Positions 28,792 through 34,524 of a DNA stretch of 34,524 nt are shown piece after piece. Below the pieces are notes generated by a model that made no database searches, was not told the DNA's origin, and saw only the letters and a list, made by a program, of their open reading frames with translations. The number at the start of each line of letters is the position of its first letter. Positions within the stretch are counted from its first letter, which is position 1. The position numbers and the translations under genes were made by a program. The DNA is from Pseudomonadota bacterium (lineage in GTDB: Bacteria; Pseudomonadota; Gammaproteobacteria; Xanthomonadales; Rhodanobacteraceae). Location: contig JAFEFD010000581.1 of the NCBI GenBank assembly GCA_018240765.1, positions 1-34,524 of the forward strand, written 5' to 3'.

Positions 28792-31386
28792 CTAGGCCGC
28801 ATTTCCGCCGGTAGCGAGGTGGTCCTGGATCAATTCCAGCTGGCCGTTCGCCGCGCGCAGGGTCGGCTGCGGCTTGCCGACGTAGAAACCCTGCGCCTGG
28901 TCGACGCCGCAGGCGTGCAGGGCGCGCAGGATTTCCGGGCGGTCGACGTGCTTGGCGACGGCGATCTTGCCGATCGAGTGCGCGATGTTCGTGATCGCGC
29001 TGATGACGGCGAGATCGACCGGATCGTTGAGCAACTCGCGGATGAAGGAACCGTCGATCTTGAGGAAGTCGACGTCGAGATGTTTCAGGTGCGCGAATGA
29101 GGAAAAACCAATGCCGAAATCGTCGAGTGCAAAGCGGCAGCCGAACGGTTTGAGCTCAGCGATCAGGTGACGCACCGCTTCCAGGTGATTGATCGCTCCG
29201 GCTTCGGTGATTTCGAAAATTACCGCGCGCGGATCGACGTCGAACTCGACCAGGCAATCGGTGATGAATCCGCCGAGGTTGCCGTGCGCAAGCGACTGCG
29301 CCGAGAGATTGATGGACAGCCCGATCGGCGCCTCCGAGCGGCTGTGTTCGCGCAGGGTGTGAAAGGAATGCCGGATTACCCAGCGATCAATGTCCGCAAC
29401 CATGCTGAAGCGTTCGGCGGCAGGCAAGAACGCGTTCGGTGCGACCAGGCTGCCATCTACGTCGCGAAGGCGAACCAGGATTTCGTAGAACATGCGCTGC
29501 TGCGTACCGTGTTGACGCGAGTAACGCGTCCACAGCGCGCCGTGCTGTTCCGGAAGACGTTCGTAATCGAGTTGCGCCAGCGGCAGGATCGGCTGGAAGC
29601 ACAATGCGAAACCGTCGTTCTTGAGGGCGGATTCCAGGCGTGCCGACCAGCCCAATTCCATGTCCATGCGCGCACGCTGGTCGGTATCGGCGGAGAACAC
29701 GTGAATCTGGTTGCGTCCGTTGCGCTTGGCCAGGTGCAGGGCCACGTCGGCGGCGGCCATTGCATCGCTGCGCGATGCGATGTGCTGGTCGAGGCGGGCC
29801 ACGCCGATGGACGTGCCGACGCGATAGCTCTTGCCGCCATAGACGAACGGCAGGGCGCCGAGTGCCTTGCGGAATTCATCGGCAACCTGCGCCGCGTCGG
29901 CGTTGCCGACATTGCGCAGGATCACCGCGTATTCGTCGCCGCCCATGCGCGCGATGTGGTCGCTGGCGCGCAATCGCGCGGACAGGCGCCGACTGATCTC
30001 GATCAGCAACTGGTCGCCGGCGGTATGGCCGGCGGTGTCGTTGATGTACTTGAAACGGTCCAGGTCGAGAAACAGCAGCAACGAGGCATGGTCGGTGTGC
30101 TTCAGGCGCGTGATCTCCTGCTCGAGCTGGGTTTCGAACCAGGCGCGGTTGTGGAGCTTGGTCAGCGCGTCGTGGCTGGCCTGCCAGCGCAGTTCTTCCT
30201 CGAGCGCGCGGCGCGCGGAAATATCGCGGAACGCCACGACCGAACCTTCGCGCCGGCCTTCGACCTGCATCGGGTACACGGTGCATTCGACCGGCAACGC
30301 GCGCTTGTTCCTGTGCCAGAAAACGGTCTGCCAGCCGGGCACCTGGTCTCCCTGCGCGTAACATTGGGAGAGGAAACAGGAGTTTCGCGGTATCGCCGTG
30401 CCGTCTTCGTAACTGTGGTGAAAACGCTCGTACGCCGGTTCTCCGACCAGTTCGGACGCCTGCGCGTAGCCGAGCATGTCGAGTGCGGCGGGATTGACGA
30501 ACTGGATGATGCCGCGGCGGTCCGCGCCATACACGCCGTCGCCAACCGAAGACAGGATGCTTTGCAGGCGGCGGCGCTCGGCGTCGACCGACTTGCGATC
30601 CTGCACCGCGCGTGCAAGCGAACCCATGCGTGCGAGGAACAGCTCGCGCGCCTCGCTCTTGAACAGGCATTCCAGCGCGCCCGCCGCGAGCGATTCGTTG
30701 ATGACGCGGTCCGAATAGGTGCCGGTGATCACCGCGGACAGCACATTTGCGGTGCGCGGGTCGTTCTTCAGCCGCTGCACCAGGACCGTACCCGGATCGC
30801 CGGGCATGAAATAGTCGATGATGGCCAGGTCAAACGCAGTCGCCTGCGCCTTGCGCCAGCCGTCCTCGACGTCTTCGGCGGTCTCGACGAGGTAGCCGTG
30901 CTTCATCAGCAGGCGGCGGAACGCGATGCGCACGGTCGCCGAATCGTCGACGAACAGCACGCGCAAATGCGACTGGCCGCCGATATCCAGATCCTGTGTG
31001 ACCGGCGACGGCGGATTGAGCAATTTCGCCATCGCCTCGGCGCATTCGCTGTAGTCGCTCCACAGCAACAGGCCAGTGCTGGCGCGTTTCATCATCCAGT
31101 TCACCGCAGCGCCGTCGTTGGTATCGGCCAGCAGCAGCACGGCGAAGTGCTCGAATTCGTCGCGGTGGAGAATTGCGAACACCTGTTCGGCGACGGCGTC
31201 GCTGTGTTCGGGCCAGCCGATCACGATGCCGCGGAATCCCAGGGTCGTGCTGCCGAGGCGTTCGATCAGCGGCAGTGCCTGCGCGTAATCGGACAACTCG
31301 CTGACCGCGAAGCCCCGCGCCGCCAACAGCGCGTGCATCGCGCGCCGGCGCGTTGCCGAAGGTTCCACGAGCAGGATACGGTCCAC
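28792..31386 (-). CDS. c-di-GMP signalling protein: degenerate REC - REC - PAS - GGDEF - EAL
   Basis: GTG 31386. The second REC is intact (VLFVDD, IIDYFMP, ITG, LFK). PAS (FVNPAA...LGY). DLDRFKYINDTAGH, RASD I-site, GGDEY. EAL domain FQPI, YEILVR, SINLS, FEITE, LDDFGIG, LKIDGSF, AQGF. Confidence 0.93.
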   Translation of the reverse strand: MDRILLVEPSATRRRAMHALLAARGFAVSELSDYAQALPLIERLGSTTLGFRGIVIGWPEHSDAVAEQVFAILHRDEFEHFAVLLLADTNDGAAVNWMMKRASTGLLLWSDYSECAEAMAKLLNPPSPVTQDLDIGGQSHLRVLFVDDSATVRIAFRRLLMKHGYLVETAEDVEDGWRKAQATAFDLAIIDYFMPGDPGTVLVQRLKNDPRTANVLSAVITGTYSDRVINESLAAGALECLFKSEARELFLARMGSLARAVQDRKSVDAERRRLQSILSSVGDGVYGADRRGIIQFVNPAALDMLGYAQASELVGEPAYERFHHSYEDGTAIPRNSCFLSQCYAQGDQVPGWQTVFWHRNKRALPVECTVYPMQVEGRREGSVVAFRDISARRALEEELRWQASHDALTKLHNRAWFETQLEQEITRLKHTDHASLLLFLDLDRFKYINDTAGHTAGDQLLIEISRRLSARLRASDHIARMGGDEYAVILRNVGNADAAQVADEFRKALGALPFVYGGKSYRVGTSIGVARLDQHIASRSDAMAAADVALHLAKRNGRNQIHVFSADTDQRARMDMELGWSARLESALKNDGFALCFQPILPLAQLDYERLPEQHGALWTRYSRQHGTQQRMFYEILVRLRDVDGSLVAPNAFLPAAERFSMVADIDRWVIRHSFHTLREHSRSEAPIGLSINLSAQSLAHGNLGGFITDCLVEFDVDPRAVIFEITEAGAINHLEAVRHLIAELKPFGCRFALDDFGIGFSSFAHLKHLDVDFLKIDGSFIRELLNDPVDLAVISAITNIAHSIGKIAVAKHVDRPEILRALHACGVDQAQGFYVGKPQPTLRAANGQLELIQDHLATGGNAA

Positions 31387-31521
31387 GGAGCTTCCCTGTA
31401 AGCGCCAGGCACGGGCGCGCGAGTGTAAAGGCGACTGCGTACATGCGCAAATCGTGCCGGACTGGGCACAATCGCGCATCGGGTGCTAAGGTACGGACAA
31501 CAACACAGGACAATCCACCGC

Positions 31522-32085
31522 ATGAACCACGCGTTGACGCACGAAGACAACCTGATCTGGATCGATCTGGAGATGACCGGCCTCGATACCGACGCCGATT
31601 CCATCCTGGAAATTGCAACGATTGTCACCGATAAACACTTGAATATACTGGAAGAAGGTCCGGAATTCGCCATACACCATGAGCTTTCCCGTCTCGAAGG
31701 GATGGACGACTGGAACCGCAAGCAGCACGCCAAGTCCGGACTCTGGCAACGCGTGCTGGATTCGACCGTCGACATCGCGCAAGCCGAGGCGCTGACCATG
31801 GAATTCCTGAACCGCTGGGTGCCGGCAGGCAAATCGCCGATGTGCGGCAATTCCATCTGCCAGGACCGGCGCTTCCTGTACCGGCAGATGCCGCGGCTTG
31901 AGCGGTTTTTCCACTACCGCAACCTTGATGTATCCACCATCAAGGAGTTGGCCCGGCGCTGGGCGCCGGAAATCTGCAAGGGATTCACCAAGGAATCCAC
32001 GCACACCGCGTTGAGCGACGTGCGCGACTCGATCGCCGAGTTGCAGTATTACCGGCAGTTGATGGGCCGGTTGGGCGGGAACTAA
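31522..32085 (+). CDS. orn: Oligoribonuclease
   Basis: [53 protein letters not shown]. Confidence 0.98.
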   Translation: MNHALTHEDNLIWIDLEMTGLDTDADSILEIATIVTDKHLNILEEGPEFAIHHELSRLEGMDDWNRKQHAKSGLWQRVLDSTVDIAQAEALTMEFLNRWVPAGKSPMCGNSICQDRRFLYRQMPRLERFFHYRNLDVSTIKELARRWAPEICKGFTKESTHTALSDVRDSIAELQYYRQLMGRLGGN

Positions 32086-32209
32086 GCGGTTCGTTTCGCC
32101 ACGCGAGGCCGCTTTCGGCCACTCGTACATGGTCCCGCGATACTTTCGGCACGCTCCGCAATCCGCGATCGGGTCTAGTTTTCGCCGCATCGATTGCGGG
32201 GAGGACGAC

Positions 32210-34291
32210 ATGCCAACCATGGGCCGCCGACAATTCCTGAAGCTTTCCGTCGCGCTGGGCGCCTCGCTGGCCTGGGGCTGCGCGCCCGTGCGCCCGTCGT
32301 CGAGCGGCTGGCGTGAGCGGCGCGAGATGTATCCGCAAGGCGTTGCGTCCGGCGATCCCGACGACAACAGCGTCCTGCTGTGGACACGGCGCCCATACGT
32401 GGACGGGCGCAAAAGCGCCACCTTGCTCGTGGAAATCGCCGACGACCCGGCGTTCACTCGCGTGATCGCGAAGACGACGGCGCGGGTGCAGGTCGAGTCC
32501 GACTGGACCTGCCGCGTCCTTGTCGGCCACCTGCAATCGGCGCACGAATACTGGTATCGCTTCGTGGACGAGGAGGGCAACGGCAGTCGGATTGGCCGCA
32601 CGCTGACGGCGCCGAATCCCGATGATGCGCGGCCGTCGCGCTTCGCCTTCGTCAGTTGCCAGGACATCTGCGAGGGTCATTTGAATGCCTACCGGCGCAT
32701 GATCTGGGAGGACGAGCGCGCCGCACCCGAGGAAAGGATCGGTTTCGTGCTGCACCTGGGCGACTTCATCTACGAAGTCGTGCAGTACCCGGACCAGGTC
32801 AAGAACGGCCATCGCTACGACCGCAAGATCACGTTCCCGATCAAGTATCCGAAGGGCAAGGTGGTCGCCAGGAATCGCTTCTGGGTGCCGGACTCGCTCG
32901 AGGACTATCGAGTCGCCTACCACGCCTACCTGCAGGATCCGGATTTGCAGGATGCGCGCGCGCGCTGGCCCTTCGTGGCGATGTGGGACAACCACGAATT
33001 CTCCTGGAACGGCTGGCAGTCGATCCAGGAATTCCCCGGCACCGAGGGTTGGGTTCCCGCGCAGACGCTAAAGGTCGCGGCGAATCAGGCCTGGTTCGAA
33101 TACCAGCCGGCACGCGTGCTGCCTCCAGGCTCGAACTTGGACACCTTCAAAGCGCCGCATGTCGTCGACACGCCGGTCAAGGATTTCGACGACACCGGTT
33201 TGGGAACCGAGCCCAACAATCTCGCCGCCATCAACAGCCTGATCGGCTATCGCGCCTTGCGCTGGGGCCGGCACATCGACCTGATCATCACCGACCAGCG
33301 CAGCTACCGCTCGCGTGACCCCGGCAACCACGACGAAATCAATCCGCTGTTCGAAGACGACAAACTGGGCTTCGTTCCCGAGGAATTGTGGGCGCAGCTC
33401 GACGCGGGCCGCGATTACGCCAACGGCCATCCGCCTGCGAAGCTGAGCTTCGGTGACAGGAGCGTGGCCAACTACCGCATGGCCGAAGCGCCACAGACGA
33501 TGCTGGGCGCGAAGCAGAAAGCCTGGTTCCTCGAGCAACTGCGGAACGCAAAGGCCACCTGGAAGGTCTGGGGCAATTCCCTGGGCGAGCTGGATCAACG
33601 CGTCGATCCGCAGAACCTGCCGCCGGAACTCGGCAAGTGGAAGGGCGCCGGCTACGGCCTGGCGGGCACCTGGGACTGGGGCGCCATGTACCACGAGCGC
33701 GCGGAAATCTTCGACGCCGTGCGCGATGCCGGGATCACTGGCCTGGCGATCGTCTCCGGCGATCGCCACAGCTTCTGGGCGGGATATGCGGCCAAGGCTT
33801 TGCCGCCTGCCGCGTTCGAGCCCGTCGGCGTCAGTTTCGTGGGCGGCTCGATCAGTTCCGTGGGCTCGGCGGAAGCCAACGAGCACAATTTCAAACCGGA
33901 CAATCCGCTGCGCCCGCTGTACGTCGCCAATCCCGGCGGCGGACCGCCGCAATGCACGCAGAACCTGCTGTTGCACCATGGCGTCCGTTCGGCGCTCGAA
34001 TACGCCCGCAGCGGCGATCTTGCGAAAGCGCACGCGCTGCGCAATCCCGAACTGGCGCCGCACCTGACCTTCGTCGATGCGGGCGGGCACGGTTACGCCA
34101 CCGTGCGCGTCGACGCCAACACGATGGTGACCGAGTTCGTCTGCATCCCGCGGCCGATCGAACGCAGCAAGACTCCGGACGGCGGCCCGCTGCGCTACCG
34201 CGTCCGCCACGAAGTGCCGCTGTGGAAGGCGGGCGAGGCACCGAAGATGCGGGTGACGGTGGTGGAGGGCGATGCGGGTTTGTCGGTGTAA
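32210..34291 (+). CDS. phoD: Alkaline phosphatase D (PhoD) family protein, predicted Tat lipoprotein
   Basis: ATG 32210 after GGAGG. Twin-arginine GRRQFLK plus lipobox-like LAWG-C. GVASGDP, FVSCQ, LHLGDFIYE, WDNHE, QAWFEYQP, TDQRSYR, LGAKQKAW, SGDRH. Confidence 0.9.
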   Translation: MPTMGRRQFLKLSVALGASLAWGCAPVRPSSSGWRERREMYPQGVASGDPDDNSVLLWTRRPYVDGRKSATLLVEIADDPAFTRVIAKTTARVQVESDWTCRVLVGHLQSAHEYWYRFVDEEGNGSRIGRTLTAPNPDDARPSRFAFVSCQDICEGHLNAYRRMIWEDERAAPEERIGFVLHLGDFIYEVVQYPDQVKNGHRYDRKITFPIKYPKGKVVARNRFWVPDSLEDYRVAYHAYLQDPDLQDARARWPFVAMWDNHEFSWNGWQSIQEFPGTEGWVPAQTLKVAANQAWFEYQPARVLPPGSNLDTFKAPHVVDTPVKDFDDTGLGTEPNNLAAINSLIGYRALRWGRHIDLIITDQRSYRSRDPGNHDEINPLFEDDKLGFVPEELWAQLDAGRDYANGHPPAKLSFGDRSVANYRMAEAPQTMLGAKQKAWFLEQLRNAKATWKVWGNSLGELDQRVDPQNLPPELGKWKGAGYGLAGTWDWGAMYHERAEIFDAVRDAGITGLAIVSGDRHSFWAGYAAKALPPAAFEPVGVSFVGGSISSVGSAEANEHNFKPDNPLRPLYVANPGGGPPQCTQNLLLHHGVRSALEYARSGDLAKAHALRNPELAPHLTFVDAGGHGYATVRVDANTMVTEFVCIPRPIERSKTPDGGPLRYRVRHEVPLWKAGEAPKMRVTVVEGDAGLSV

Positions 34292-34366
34292 GCGCCAATC
34301 GCTGCGCGGAACTTGATCGTGGACGCCGTGGGACAGCTGCGAGTCGGTTGCAGTAACATGTTGTGC

Positions 34367-34388
34367 GCGGCGGCAACCGCCGCTTAAC
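34367..34388 (+). terminator. Possible weak intrinsic terminator hairpin downstream of phoD
   Basis: GCGGCGG-CAA-CCGCCGC, a perfect 7-bp stem, followed only by TTAAC. It overlaps the attC-like half site. Confidence 0.3.
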
Positions 34389-34401
34389 TCAGGCGTTAGG
34401 C
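34382..34401 (+). mobile_element. Right half (L'-spacer-R') of an integron attC-like site
   Basis: GCTTAAC-TCAGGC-GTTAGGC has the layout of the 3' half of classical attC sites and a perfect GTTRRRY core. No matching GCCTAAC left box is visible upstream. Confidence 0.6.
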
Positions 34402-34432
34402 CTCGCATTCACACCTGCGGTACTCGTCAATC

Positions 34433-34524
34433 ATGCGCCTACTTGAGTTTGTCCGAAGACACCTTCCAGTACAGAGAGCAGTCATTTGCGCGCTGGCCGG
34501 TCTTCTCATTTTCTACCACACGTA
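34433..34524 (+). CDS. Hypothetical protein, N-terminal fragment (possible gene-cassette ORF), truncated by window edge
   Basis: MRLLEFVRRHLPVQRAVICALAGLLIFYHT..., open to the edge. About 51% GC by hand count, with codons atypical for this genome (CTA, CTT, AGA, CGA). No clear SD. Confidence 0.4.
   Translation, partial: MRLLEFVRRHLPVQRAVICALAGLLIFYHT

Noticed and set aside
31443-31460. Sigma54-like site on the minus strand (cGGCACGatttgcGCa) upstream of the GGDEF/EAL gene
   Set aside because: GG-N10-GC spacing fits, but the TTGC -12 element and the 5' T are missing. Too weak to call.
32104-32125. Hairpin GGCCG-CTTT-CGGCC after orn as an intrinsic terminator
   Set aside because: Short stem and no U-tract on either strand.

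Overview
A high-GC chromosomal segment from a Xanthomonadales (Lysobacterales) bacterium, most plausibly Rhodanobacteraceae (Dokdonella/Rudaea-like); this is inferred from gene content and protein style. It holds about 23 CDS: 5'-truncated comEC; a secreted Gly-rich protein with a CSLREA-like domain; recC-recB-recD; exbB-exbD-msbA-lpxK; mgtA behind a long structured leader; a CPA2 cation/H+ antiporter; a WS/DGAT acyltransferase; a DHA2 MFS transporter; a TPR-like hypothetical protein; ligA-epmA; a matrixin-like zinc protease; DUF2461-sbcB; a REC-PAS-GGDEF-EAL protein divergent from orn; and a Tat-lipoprotein PhoD. I found no rRNA, tRNA, CRISPR array, transposase or integrase. The best leads: (1) a ~200-nt mgtA leader with alternative helices, an SD-sequestering hairpin and a 14-aa 'MDP...' uORF, which I cannot match to a known riboswitch by eye; (2) a shared C-terminal [DE]x(0-1)IFxN[GD][FL][ED] tail on two unrelated secreted proteins, a candidate sorting signal; (3) a half attC site followed by a lower-GC ORF at the right edge; (4) recCBD lying between comEC and exbB; (5) leaderless-type promoters on recC, ligA and sbcB; (6) an EAL domain lacking its catalytic Glu next to orn. 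All calls come from motif reading by eye; no searches were run.
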